NCBI GenBank assembly: GCA_973895155.1
Contig: OZ316893.1
Coordinates: forward strand, 8,456,963-8,520,962
DNA length: 64,000 nucleotides
From: Marsupella aquatica
Taxonomy: Eukaryota; Plantae; Marchantiophyta
Reading direction: 5' to 3'
A program made the position numbers and the translations under genes. Under the pieces are notes generated by a model. It saw only the letters and a program-made list of their open reading frames with translations, ran no database searches and had not been told where the DNA came from. Positions 22,206 to 34,186 of this stretch are shown piece by piece (positions within the stretch are counted from its first letter, which is position 1; the number at the start of each line of letters is the position of its first letter).

Positions 22206-24595
22206 TTTCAGTCTAATTATAGGCTCTAAGTATGGGTAGGGTTTCTCTACATGCAGATTGCTACTGTCTGTAATGATTCTGGCCTCCTTGAAATAAGGAT
22301 TTGTCCTATGCTGTGATATGGCAGCAGCCCAAGTTGTATTAAAGAACTGCTGTCGTGTGTTACTCCTTTTTAGTTCGCCGGGTGTTTAGCCATTGAGTTC
22401 TTGTACTAGGACTGAATGCGTTTACTATTTTGAAGTTGAGTTGTGATCATCTGCTCTCCTTTCAAGATCAGTCTCGATTACCAAAAACCTTCAGCTCGCA
22501 GGAACTCGACTGTGATGCATTACAATGACTTTTTTGGGCCAGCTTAATTGAGACAATTGTTCATTTGCTCTCCTTTCAAGATCGGCTTGTGGGAGGTCGC
22601 TAAGTTCAAGGCTATAGAATCTCAATACATGGAGGCATTTCAACTGTAGCTATTTGATGTATAGTATAAGTTAGTTTCCTTGCTTGTGAAGGAAAAAAAT
22701 GGTGAATGCCCTAATCATAGGCGCTTTGGTGTAAGTCTGGGCAAACTACTTGACACTAAACATGAATTTTGAGGTGCCAGTTTAGGGACAGCATTGCAAT
22801 TGCCAAGTGGACGTCGTCAGCAAGTTTTGCTATAAATGATTGTGAAAGTGTATGTTGTTGACTTCAATTCCTGAAAGCACATGATATTACAGTCCCCAAG
22901 GGCAAAGAGTCTATTATTGAGCACTGACTCCATGCTGAGGACAAGATCGTTCCTAACTTGACTCCACATATTTACAGTTCTCGCCCGAGAATGACAATTA
23001 ATTACTCAGTGTGTTTGACAAGGAGGTGCTCATAAGAAAGTTGACCTTGTTCGATCGATCTGCTTTTGCCTTTTTCTTCTGCTCAGGTCGCTGCCTTACA
23101 GCTCTTCTCTGCCCCGATCGTGTATGGCCCACTCGAACAAAAAAATCTATCTGGAAAAACATGGTGGGAAATCTTAGGGCGCAGTAAAGTTAAGAGCCAC
23201 CAACAAAGGTAAGGGCCGAATGTGTATCTGTAAGGAGTCTCTAGAGCAGAATGATGCAGATTATAAGTGACTCTAAATTCTCACGCGACATTGATATCTT
23301 ATTTATTAATGCTTTGTGACATGATTCCAACCAGTTTCAATTCAACACCAATTTTGGTCGACATGGATTGGCTTCCAATCGAAGTGTTGCCTGCTGCTCA
23401 AAATTAATCTAATATCCACAAACTTGAGTCGAAAGCAGATTGAAAAAGTTACAAAACAAAGGCAAAGCCGATCATTTTATTAAACAAGGAAATTAAATAG
23501 TGAAGTCCTGATTGGAATTTGGAACACAAAACTAAACTTCCCTACTGCTTTGCGCAATTCAGCACACGGCAGGGGAGATGAAACGAGGTTTTTCAATGTG
23601 CAGAATTGTAAACCGACCTTTACTCCTCTTCAATGCCGACAGTAAATTTCTATGCTCACAATCAGACATTGGGTTTAGTCTATGGAAACATCAAACTCAA
23701 TCAGCAAGAACTGGTGAGACTAGGGACCTCCACTACAAACCGCGGTTAGTAACATGCTGTGTAAAAGTAATTAACTGGAATTGCACTCACACGTTTTGTG
23801 AACACAATCAATCAAAGGCCAATATTTAATATATAGTTGACATTGGCGATTGCATTTTCCCGATTTTGTTTCTCTCTTGTAGCTTTCGGAAGAGCTAATT
23901 AAAGTCGAGAAGGTTCCGTAATTTCTCGAGTCCTAATTTTGAGTACTGTCTGACTTGGCTTGTTTGTTCTCACTCAAATTCATCTCATCACAAGGCTCTG
24001 GGTGAATTGCCATTCAGAGAATCATGTTCCAGACGAAAGAATTGAAGGAAGGTTTACGCAGGAACAGGATGAACTCCGGGTCCGTGTGGCCGATTTAGAA
24101 AAGAAGCTACAAGAGCGCACGCAAGAACTGATCGAGGGAATCAGAAAGTTCTCGTATAGCAGAAAGTGCAAAATTTGGTATATTGCAGACCAAGATGAAG
24201 GAGTTGGAAAAGCGTTGAGAAACATATGTAAGCTTTTGGTCGATCTCCACGCGCGTCCGTCATACTTGACGAGATGTTTTCATCTTCAGACTCAGGAGTA
24301 AATGGAAACATTACTTAATTACTATTGAAAGGAAGGCAGAAGGGGAAGATTTAATTGACATGCTTTCATCTCGGACTTCGGAGCAAATGGAGTGCGGTAA
24401 ACAAAAGAAATACCGAAAGCAGCAGGCGTACAATAAATCGACATGTTCTCGAATCAAACATCGCACAAAGGTGAATCTACTGCTAAAATGCGTCACCAGG
24501 CCATGCCCTGCGTAAGCAATTACCTCCCCTGTCGTGCATGGCTATTGTCCTCTCCTGTCGTGTATAGATTAGAGTTTTGACCTACATTCGTTGCT

Positions 24596-24668
24596 AGTCA
24601 ATGTCCTTATCGATTCTCTTATCGATGTCCTTATCGATTCTCTTATCGATGTCCTTATCGATTCTCTT
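24596..24668. repeat. 24-bp tandem repeat (TCGATGTCCTTATCGATTCTCTTA) x3
   Basis: Directly visible; itself built of 12-bp subunits. Confidence 0.85.
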
Positions 24669-25260
24669 TGCTTCTCCTTCTTTCTGCTCGATCTATTTGT
24701 TTTTGATTAAGATGTGTTGCGCCTCTTTTCTGTCCTCGATCAGTTCTCATTTTTGCTTTCTTCATTCGGCTTCTGATCTTTTTTGATTTTGTTTCTTCAG
24801 CATTCCTCTTTACTTTGCACTTCAAGAGGCAAAACTCCTTTCGAGCTTTCCTCTTTTTTCATTACTTTCATCAAAAGCCTTCCTCCCTTTCGAAATGTTG
24901 ATGTGCTTCTTTTGTTCTGACGGTTTTATTTCGGCAGTTACACAGGAATACGGTTACTGTTTAAGTTGATCACTATTTACTTTTACAAAAAAACATTTAT
25001 AAATTTAAGTAAAGAGAATATGGGTGAATGTTTTTAATCTCGCCCTTTGTATCAATAGATTTGGATGAATTACTTTTAATTACTTTTACATTATGTTTTG
25101 ACGGCATGGCGTCCATAAAATTACACGAAAAGCGACGTAAACAAGATGGAGAGGAGTTTATTCGTTGCGCAAACATGACCATTCTTGTTTGTTGCGGTTG
25201 TTGCTGACATGGCACGCTGTGGTGCCAGGAATTTTGGAAGGAACCTCTAGTGGGGTCCGT

Positions 25261-25765
25261 AAATAGACCCAAATAATTCAGTTTATTTGGGTCTGTTTAT
25301 ACTAGTAAGAGATAAACAAATAAGGATACATAAAAAATATCACAACTTCAAAAATAAAAGGCAAAACCCAGGATGGTGTTTGCATCGCATCTCCCAAGGG
25401 TTTTACACTACAGTTGGGAGTAGAGGAGGCACATGCTAAACAAAGAAAAGAAAATAATATAGTAGAACAAAGAAACTTTGGAACAATAAGCAAACATGGA
25501 TGAAAAGATAAGTAAGTGATAACCTTAGAGAACTAGAGGCATACATCGACATGATGTTTGCTTAGCAACTCCCAGGTTATCTGCACTTGTAGTTGGGAAA
25601 GGAAAGGAGGCAGATGTGAAACAAACAAACATGAGAGAAACTGGTGAAATAAAGAACCCATGGAACAATAACTGAAGTAATAAAACAAGAATGATGAAAA
25701 AAATACAACCTAGAAGTTATTTATCGGAAACCCGCATGTTGTTTGCCTGGTAGCTCCCAGGTGGG
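25261..25765. repeat. Copy of the 9.0-10.0 kb repeat family with degenerate ~180-bp units
   Basis: 25261-25409 is nearly identical to 9859-10007. Further degenerate TGTTTGC...CTCCCAGG units at ~25555 and ~25740. Confidence 0.85.
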
Positions 25766-26431
25766 TTGCATGCACGTGTGATTGCTGTTGGAAAGGGTGT
25801 TCTATTCACAAAACTAGCAACATCTGTTAGTTTGCGATACACAACATACCTCTGCCAACAAGGAATGGCTTTAGTGTATGCCCATGCGACACACATATGA
25901 AAAGCTTCAGCTATCGCAGGAGAAAGACCTGGGCAGAGTTAAGGTCCTCAAGGTTTTTGTCTATTGCTATGCAAAAGTCCGGGAACCTAGCAACTATGTC
26001 TGCATGTCTCAACAACCAAAATTTCTGACATCCTGGTGAAGGAACAGGCCATGACAAACAATATATGTGATCTCCATAGGCGATCAATTATGCTGGTCTG
26101 TTCTGATGCTTGATGCTCCTACAAAACATAGGAAATTAAACGTGTGCACTTAGTATCCTTACAAAACTAAGCCAAGTAATTGTTGCTGAATATAGGTTTT
26201 TTTACACCAAATTGAGCAAGAATAGACAAGTATAATGTAAAATCAATTGTAAAAAAAGTCACACATATTGTGAATGTAGGCAAAGTGTATGGGTGCAAAT
26301 TGGCTACCTGTACTGCAAAGTACACCTTACCAAGAAGAAAATGAAAGGCAACTACCAGGTTTTACGCATGCATAATTGAAGGTCTTTGTTCAATCAGAAG
26401 AGAAACCTCAAATTCTACTCATGTAGGATTG

Positions 26432-27065
26432 CGGAATAGCGGAGAGGACAATAAAAGTATTATCAAAATATATTCTCTATTCATATTCTTTGAAGTTTAA
26501 TGAAATGATAAAAAACTCATCATTTTAATAATCATATTTAATATACCATTCTCCTTTATGTGCACATCAGTCTTTTTGTATGCACATCCATCTTCTATGC
26601 ACTATGTTGTGGTGGGGCCATAGTGCCCATATTTTTTGAATATAAATATTTAAAAAATTATCACAAAAAAATTGTATGTACCCAGTTGACATACATCATA
26701 GTCATGTCATCAGTTTTCTCATGCACATGATGGCCATAGAGTTACGGTCTAGAGGTTTCACTCTAGACCTAGGCTCTTAAAAAGTATTTTTGTATGCACA
26801 TCTATCTTCTATGCACTATGTTGTGGTGGGGCCATAGTGCCCATATTTTTTGGATGTAAATAGAAGATGGATGTGCATACAAGGTGACATGCCAAATTTA
26901 TCAGTTGACATATATCATAGTCATGTCACCAGTTTTCCCATGCACATGGTGGCTAGAGTTAGGGGCTAGAGTTAGGGTCTACAGGCTTCGATCTAGACCT
27001 ATAAAAGTAGACCTATAAAAGTAGACCTATAAAAGTAGATCTAAGTTGAGGCTTTTATAGTAAGA
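26432..27065 (-). mobile_element. Non-autonomous Helitron, same family as 56028-56565, with internal duplications
   Basis: The minus strand begins A|TCTTACTATAAAAG at 27065 and the body matches 56055-56565. Internal ~210-bp duplication and (ATAAAAGTAGACCT)x3. The 3' CTAG end is not recognisable. Confidence 0.7.
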
Positions 27066-27558
27066 TGGGAGCAAGCCAGGTTTATATCTAGGTTCGAGAT
27101 GGTCTTGTATACGAGGCCTCACAGCCACTTATACTAATCATCACTTCACCCAGACCAATGAGTACTCACCACACATCAACACTCCTGATGCATCCAAATT
27201 TCAGGTCTCCGAGGAGTGTAAAAATCAGCTCCGCCCCCCTCTCATACCATTTTGCCTTAGTACAACTAAATGTAGCTAGAATCGTTTTTGTCGAAGGAAA
27301 GGTGTTTCTTCAAAGTCAGGGCCCTGCAAGCATGCACTCCTTTAGCCTTCCTTGAACGTTTTGTCAAACAGAAAAAATAAAAGTTCTCGCAACTGTAGTA
27401 TCAAGCTTTCCATTCCTCACTATCACTGGAATGGTTTTGCTTTGCGACATCGTGGTTCGGCTTTTGTGTTGGGTCCTAGCGGCTTCTATGTTGGATTACT
27501 TCCATTACGAGAGTTGGGGACCTATTGGGTCTGACATAATTTACATCTTGCAGTAGGT

Positions 27559-28090
27559 TACTCCTGGGATCCAATGTTGAAAGCTTGTCTCTGCTTACTC
27601 CTGGGATCCAATGTTGAAAGCTTGTCTCTGCGGAGTAAGATCCAATGTTGAAAGCTTGTCTCTGCATCATATGGGGCTGGTCTCATTTGCGTATTTCCTA
27701 TGAACAAAGGCACCACGATACAATCGACCTGGATTTTCAGAGAGCGGACCTCTGTTAATTGAAGCTGGGAGACATCCAGGTTTGGAAGGCACATCCTCTA
27801 ACGAATTCGTGCCAAACAATACATTTCTGGCAGAGGCTACAAATCTCATGCTTATTAGCACATGCTGGACGCTATGTCCCCCCAATTTTCCCTCCTTCGT
27901 ATAGTGGACCACCATTTCACTCGCCTTGCGACAGGAGACAAGCTGGAGCTTAATTCAGGTACTTTCATGACAGAGATGAACGAGAGAGAGCAATAGTTGA
28001 TGCAATGTCTGAGCCGCAGGTTCTTGGTCTCAATTGACGAGCTGGGACAAGCAATTTCCACCTCTGACGGGATTGCTGTTATTTCGTAGG
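27559..28090 (+). pseudogene. MSH4: Processed MSH4 (MutS homolog 4) pseudogene fragment
   Basis: YNRPGFSESGPLLIEAGRHPGLEG..NEFVPNNTFLAEATNLMLI / AGRYVP / FRIVDHHFTRLATGDKLELNSGTFMTEM / IDELGQAISTSDGIAV matches the recalled plant MSH4 ATPase region. No introns, Walker A segment deleted, stops and frameshifts present, and a ~35-bp tandem triplication at the 5' end. Confidence 0.8.
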
Positions 28091-30712
28091 GCTTTCCTCA
28101 TTATTTCTATTTGAATGTGTTGCCATGGGCATACTTGACATGTTGTCCTCCTGGCAATCAATCTAGTCTTGAGACAATTGAAGAGTCGTGAACTCTGAAT
28201 GTATGTCTCAAATGACCAACGGAATCTTCGTTTGATTTTACCTCACCTTAATTGGATCAGAGGCAACACGGTTTTGAAGAAACTGTTGTAAGACGAGACG
28301 CAGATCAAACCCCTTCGAATCTCAGTTCGGATTTGGAATAGCTCAGCTCGTCTCAGTCCAGCTGAAGTCCAAGTGACAGACAAGGGTTTGTGCGAGAAAA
28401 TTCGAGTGACAGATCAGGGTTTAAGACTGCCGCCTTCTCAGGATTCCTCCTCCTCGGCACCAGGGTCTCTACATGAATCCAAGGAGATCCCCGGTGACTA
28501 TCCCTAATCCTGGGCTGTCGCAAGCTGACAATGCTTGTACCATTCGCAATCTGCTAAGGATTTACTCGTTGCAGCTCTCTACTTAATGTGGCTTTAGTTG
28601 CTTTTCGGGGTGCTGGTACTGAGCTGTGCGTAGCTGCATGCTGACGAATCCAGTATCCCTGCTAGGTTCGGGTCTCCACTTTTATACGGCTTCTCGCGAT
28701 GTCATGTGGGCAGAGAGTTTCCTAGTAAAGCCCTACCTGTACTCGATGTTCTTCTGCGTTTCAACCCTAAATTGCTCGGCCACAATACTTCTCAACTATT
28801 AGTGCCCAAGGAAGCTGGACGGTATCTCTTTGTCAGCCCGGGATATTTTTTCGTTTCCCAACCCTGCTTCCACCCCTACTCAATTCTTGGATGACGTCTC
28901 CTGCTGCCTGCTATTATCGGCACTTGCCTGGTTTTTTCCAGACATGCTAAACTTTGAAGGATATCTTAGTTTAGGAGCCTCTTTTATTGCCCATCACAAC
29001 CTAACCAATTTTGTGCCCACTTGCATTAACCTGTTGTCTGAATGAATTGTCGAGCCTTCTGCCCAATTTGCTACTCGTACACAGGTTCTTCTTTGAATAA
29101 ATGCCTAAATTTTTCGTGTGGTATGCAGGACAATTTGGTTCGAAAGGGTTCTTACCTGGAGGGCGAGAAACAATAGCACTTGCGTCAAATTTTCAGAGGG
29201 CAATGTGCAGGTATGGCGGTGGTTGCTTTGGGATTGAAACGAAGAATATCTCATACTGGTAGTTTTGATTCTCAAGTTTGGATGGCAAAGCTGGGAGTAA
29301 TTCTTAATAGAATACATAAATTTTGTTTCTCAATGCAGGAGGAAATCATCCCGGAGAAGATACTGCTGCTTCTACGCTTTTAGGGGTGCCGTAACGCTGA
29401 CCTCAGATTCGTCTGATCGGGTAAGGTTTCCCCAACATAGCCTTCACCTAGTAAATTTTCTTCCGTTAGTCGAAGGGGAAGGAAAGATGAGACTTGAAAT
29501 ATCCGGGCTTTGCAAGATTGCACAACTTAGACTGATTTGAACATTTGTCAAACAGGTAAGATAATATTTCTCACAACTCAGGCTCTCTATTCCCGGCACG
29601 GGAACGGAGCTGACTCGATGGAAATTTTGGAGGACCTTTTCAGGCAACACTCTACAGCCAGGTATGATTAATTCTGTATGCATGTCATTTTGTCGGATGA
29701 TGATTTGACCAAAGACCTTGAATACATTCTCAACAAAGACTTTTGATTTGCAGAGTTCATCCTTCATCTCTCGGTTTGATTGCTATTGGCACCAGCCATT
29801 GTTCGTGTACAAGAACTTCAGGTAATAAGACTGAAGAGCAATTTCAACGTCTTGATTACCTACTTTCAAACAAAATTAAAGGTCCAGCACCACGGTGTGA
29901 CATTTATAGTTGCATGAATTTCCTGCTATGAGAGTTATGTGATGAAGACTTGAATCTCAAGTTTGATTCTTTTTCATCTCCAAGGAAGCACAGGGAGGAG
30001 GGCGACTGTCACACTCATGTCATGTGTGTCTACTCTAATGGAGTCTACAGAGCCGATCTAAACTATGCTGGATAGGGTTTATTTCTCAATTGTGGTCTCT
30101 TTTCAAAACCTGGAGATCTTTCAGCCAGGTTATCATTAGACAGTGTAGGCAACTTACAAATGAACACCTGCCAAGGTGGCCTTAAGAGTCCATCCTATAA
30201 ACAAACCAAGGATAAGATGTGACTTATGAAGTTTTTGGTGCCAATTGGATAAGCTCTTGACTCTATCCTTTCTATGCTTACAGTGAAATACCGTAGTATG
30301 AACGAGCTTATTGATACTTGAGCTACGTGGATATGCCTTTCACAATCATTTCAGTATTCTATTCTAAGATCGTTGCATTCTTGACAGATAGCTGCTACTC
30401 TCAAATGAAAAAGAGTCCTATAACGTTTGCAAGTTCTCTGTACCAAAGCTCACAGAAGAGCAAGGAAGACAAGAAAATACATCTTTGGGCGGAGGTAGGC
30501 ATGCATCCTACCCGTAGGACTCAAGAGACTTACCGGTCTGCTATCTATTTTGTGAAAATATCTGTGGAAATCTACTCCGTATGAAATAAACTCGAAGTCA
30601 TTTCACGTGGAATCTCCTGGATTTTATCCTGGCATCAGATAGGCTTTCCAGATCTGATTGTGGGTTGTGGTGCTGACAGAGGAAGCCCAGAACACCTGAG
30701 TACCATCATGAG

Positions 30713-33700
30713 ATGAAAAGTAAAGCACTTAGAGTGGATGAATGGTCAACTCCAGCATTGGTTAAGGCAAGGGCGAATTTGATTACCCATTGCAGATTGC
30801 AATCAAGTGTTAGCTATGGCACGAGAGATTTGTCTCAAGTCACTGCACAAGGGAATGGCGGTAAACACATGCATGATGCTGGTACCACAAGTGAAACAAT
30901 TGCTATTTTGAAGGGTCAATTACAACGAGGCATTACTATAGACTCGTACACATACGTTAAAGTTCTGCAAATGTGCTCGAAACAGAGAGACCTTTCAGCA
31001 GCCATGCAGGTGCATGACCACATCATCCAGAGTGGAATGGATAAGAATCTGTATGTGGCGGTAACCCTCCTGAATGTGTATATCAAATCTGGGGCATTAT
31101 TGGATGCACGTCGAGTGTTTGATCAACTTAATCAGAAGAGTGTTATTACTTGGACTAACATGATTGCAGGATATGCTAAGAGTGATGATGTTGAATCTGC
31201 ACGAGAACTTCTCAACCAAATGCGCCAAGAAAGCGTGCAGCCTGATGAGATCACATATCTGAGCATCCTGAAGGCGTGTGCCAACCCATTAGCTCTGAAA
31301 TTGGGAAAGGAAGTCCATGTTTATGTTCGACATGCTGGCTTTGAATCAGACGTGCGTGTAGGGTCAGCCCTTCTACAGATGTATGCAAAATGTGGATCCC
31401 TCACTGAGGCACGGAAAGTTTTTGAAAAGATTACCAATCGAAATGTCATTACATGGAATGTTATGATTCGAGCGTATGCAGAACGTGGTCATGGTGTGGA
31501 AGCATATCGACTATTTCTCCAAATGAGACGAGAAGGCTTCGAACCAGATGCATTCACTTATGTCAGCATTCTAAATGCATCGGCAAGTGCGGGGGCTTTG
31601 GAGTGGGTGAAGGACGTTCATGGCCATGCTAGGAAAGCGGGACTGGAGTCAGATTTGCGTGTGGGCAGTGCACTGATTCACATGTATGCAAAGAGTGACA
31701 GTTTAGATAACGCCCGACTGGTTTTTGACAGAATGGAGAAACGCAATGCAGTCACATGGACTGTAATGATCGGTGGACTTGCACACCATGGATGTGGGCA
31801 TGAAGCTTATCGATTGTTTCTTGAAATGAGACTTCAAGGTTTCGAACCAGATGTGTTCACTTACGCTAGTATTCTCAATCCATCTGCAAGTGAGGGGGCT
31901 TTGGAATGGGTGAAGGAAGTTCATGGCCATGCTAGCAAAGCGGGCCTGGAGTCAAATTTGCGTGTGGGCAATGCACTGGTTCACATGTATGCAAAGAGTG
32001 GCAGTTTAGATGACGCCCGACTTGTTTTTGACAGAATGGAGAAACGCGATGTAGTCACATGGACTGCAATGATCGGTGGACTCGCACAACATGGATGTGG
32101 GCATGAAGCATATCGACTGTTTCTCCAAATGAGACGTGCAGGTTTCGAACCAAATGCATTCACTTATGCTAGTATTCTCAATCCATCTGCAAGTGAGGGG
32201 GCTTTGGAATGGGTGAAGGAAGTTCATCTCCATGCTAGCAAAGCGGGACTGGAGTCAAGCTTGCGTGTGGGCAATGCACTGGTTCACATGTATGCCGAGA
32301 GTGGCAGTATAAATGATGCTCGACTTGTTTTTGATAGACTGGAGAAACGCGATATAGTGACATGGACTGCAATGATCGGTGGACTTGCACAACATGGATA
32401 TGGGCATGAAGCATATGGACTGTTTCTCCAAATGATATTTGCAGGTTTCGAACCAGATGCATTCACTTATGCTAGTATTCTCAATGCATCTGCAAGTGAA
32501 GGGGCTTTGGAATGGGTGAAGGAAGTTCATGGCCATGCTAGCAAAGCGGGCCTGGAGTCAAATTTGCGCGTGGGCAATGCACTGGTTCACATGTATGCAA
32601 AGAGTGGCAGTCTAGATGACGCCCGACTTGTTTTTGACAGAATGGAGAAACGCGATGTAGTCACATGGACTGCTATGATCGGTGGACTCGCAGAACATGG
32701 ATGTGGGCGTGAAGCATATCGACTGTTTCTCCAAATGAGACGTGCAGGTTTCGAACCAAATGCATTCACTTATGCTAGTATTCTCAATGCATCTGCAAGT
32801 GAGGGGGCTTTGGAATGGGTGAAGGAAGTTCATGGCCATGCTAGGAAAGCGGGACTGGAGTCAGATTTGCGCGTGGGAAATGCACTGGTTCACATGTATT
32901 CAGAGAGTGGCAGTATAGATGATGCTCGACTTGTTTTTGACAGAATGGAGAAACGCGATGTAGTCACATGGACTGCAATGATCGGTGGACTTGCACAACA
33001 TGCATATGGGCATGAAGCATATCGACTGTTTCTCCAAATGAGACGTGCAGGTTTCGAACCAAATGCATTCACTTACGCTGGCATTCTCAATGCATCTGCA
33101 AGTGAAGGGGCTTTGGAATGGGTGAAGGAAGTTCATGGCCATGCTAGCAAAGCGGGTCTGGAGTCAAATTTGCGTGTGGGCAATGCACTGGTTCACATGT
33201 ATGCCGAGAGTGGCAGTATAGATGACGCCCGACTTGTTTTTGACAGAATGGAGAAACGCGATGTAGTCACATGGACTGCAATGATCGGTGGACTTGCACA
33301 ACATGGATGTGGGAATGAAGCCCTGGAGCTCTTTAAAGAAATGACAGGAGACGGTGTGAAGCCTGATAGTTGCTCATTCGTGGCAGTGTTGTCAGCCTGT
33401 TGTCACGGAGGCCTTGTTGATGATGGCCGTAGACTCTTTGCAGCTATGACGCGAGATTATGCCATCGAGCCTCATATGGTCCATTATAACTGCATGGTCG
33501 ATCTTCTTGGGCGGGCTGGACACTTGGAGGAAGCAAAGCTCTTCATTAGGGACATGCCAGTCGAACCAGATGCGGTGACTTGGAAAGCCTTGCTTGGGGC
33601 TTGCAAAACTTACGATAATGTGGAGTTGGGCGAACTTGTCGCTAAAGAGCTTCTGAAGTTGGAACCCAATGATGCCTCTACATATGTGCTCCTCTCCAAC

Positions 33701-34186
33701 ATCTATGCTGCAGCTGGTAAGTGGGACAAGAAGTCATTTGTGCGCACCATGATGCAAAAGAGAGGTGTTCGGAAGGAGCCAGGACGTAGCTGGATTGAAG
33801 TTGATAAGAAGATCCATAAATTTGCTGTAGGGGATAGATCTCACCCAGAAGCGAAGGCGATATATACAGAGCTCAATGAATTGATTGAAAAACTGAAGGC
33901 TGAAGGCTACATTCCGGATACCCGACTTGTGTTGCATGATATCAGTGATGAGGATAAAGAGCTAGCTCTTTGCTCTCATAGTGAGAAGTTGGCTATCGCT
34001 TACGGACTTATGCACATACCACGGGGAAAACCAATTCGTATATGGAAGAACCTTCGGGTGTGTTCAGATTGCCATACCGCAACCAAGTTTATCTCTAAGG
34101 TGACTGGACGCGAGATTGTAGCCAGGGATGCCAATCGCTTCCACCATTTTAAAGGTGGCATATGTTCTTGTGGGGATTACTGGTAA
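30713..34186 (+). CDS. PLS-class PPR protein with E/E+/DYW deaminase domain (organellar C-to-U RNA editing factor)
   Basis: Single 1157-aa ORF with ~26 P/L/S motifs, PG box PGRSWIE, HSEKLA, CSDCH and terminal DYW. The N-terminal extension is a possible targeting peptide. Confidence 0.97.
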   Translation: MKSKALRVDEWSTPALVKARANLITHCRLQSSVSYGTRDLSQVTAQGNGGKHMHDAGTTSETIAILKGQLQRGITIDSYTYVKVLQMCSKQRDLSAAMQVHDHIIQSGMDKNLYVAVTLLNVYIKSGALLDARRVFDQLNQKSVITWTNMIAGYAKSDDVESARELLNQMRQESVQPDEITYLSILKACANPLALKLGKEVHVYVRHAGFESDVRVGSALLQMYAKCGSLTEARKVFEKITNRNVITWNVMIRAYAERGHGVEAYRLFLQMRREGFEPDAFTYVSILNASASAGALEWVKDVHGHARKAGLESDLRVGSALIHMYAKSDSLDNARLVFDRMEKRNAVTWTVMIGGLAHHGCGHEAYRLFLEMRLQGFEPDVFTYASILNPSASEGALEWVKEVHGHASKAGLESNLRVGNALVHMYAKSGSLDDARLVFDRMEKRDVVTWTAMIGGLAQHGCGHEAYRLFLQMRRAGFEPNAFTYASILNPSASEGALEWVKEVHLHASKAGLESSLRVGNALVHMYAESGSINDARLVFDRLEKRDIVTWTAMIGGLAQHGYGHEAYGLFLQMIFAGFEPDAFTYASILNASASEGALEWVKEVHGHASKAGLESNLRVGNALVHMYAKSGSLDDARLVFDRMEKRDVVTWTAMIGGLAEHGCGREAYRLFLQMRRAGFEPNAFTYASILNASASEGALEWVKEVHGHARKAGLESDLRVGNALVHMYSESGSIDDARLVFDRMEKRDVVTWTAMIGGLAQHAYGHEAYRLFLQMRRAGFEPNAFTYAGILNASASEGALEWVKEVHGHASKAGLESNLRVGNALVHMYAESGSIDDARLVFDRMEKRDVVTWTAMIGGLAQHGCGNEALELFKEMTGDGVKPDSCSFVAVLSACCHGGLVDDGRRLFAAMTRDYAIEPHMVHYNCMVDLLGRAGHLEEAKLFIRDMPVEPDAVTWKALLGACKTYDNVELGELVAKELLKLEPNDASTYVLLSNIYAAAGKWDKKSFVRTMMQKRGVRKEPGRSWIEVDKKIHKFAVGDRSHPEAKAIYTELNELIEKLKAEGYIPDTRLVLHDISDEDKELALCSHSEKLAIAYGLMHIPRGKPIRIWKNLRVCSDCHTATKFISKVTGREIVARDANRFHHFKGGICSCGDYW
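31440..33320 (+). repeat. Intragenic 303-bp tandem repeat (P-L-S triplet), ~6 copies
   Basis: Near-identical DNA units; the antisense track ORFs recur at exactly 303-bp spacing (31981, 32284, 32587, 32890). Confidence 0.95.

Noticed and set aside
23960-24960. Coiled-coil-like fragments on both strands
   Set aside because: Multiple stops and no family motif; cannot be assigned.
27558-27665. ~35-bp repeats as a mini CRISPR
   Set aside because: Contiguous tandem copies without unique spacers, lying within the MSH4 relic.
30100-30250. ARLSLDSVGNLQM...RCD resembling an S-locus/G-lectin domain
   Set aside because: Too short and frameshifted to support.
31703-33142. Periodic minus-strand ORFs
   Set aside because: Antisense products of the 303-bp PPR repeat.
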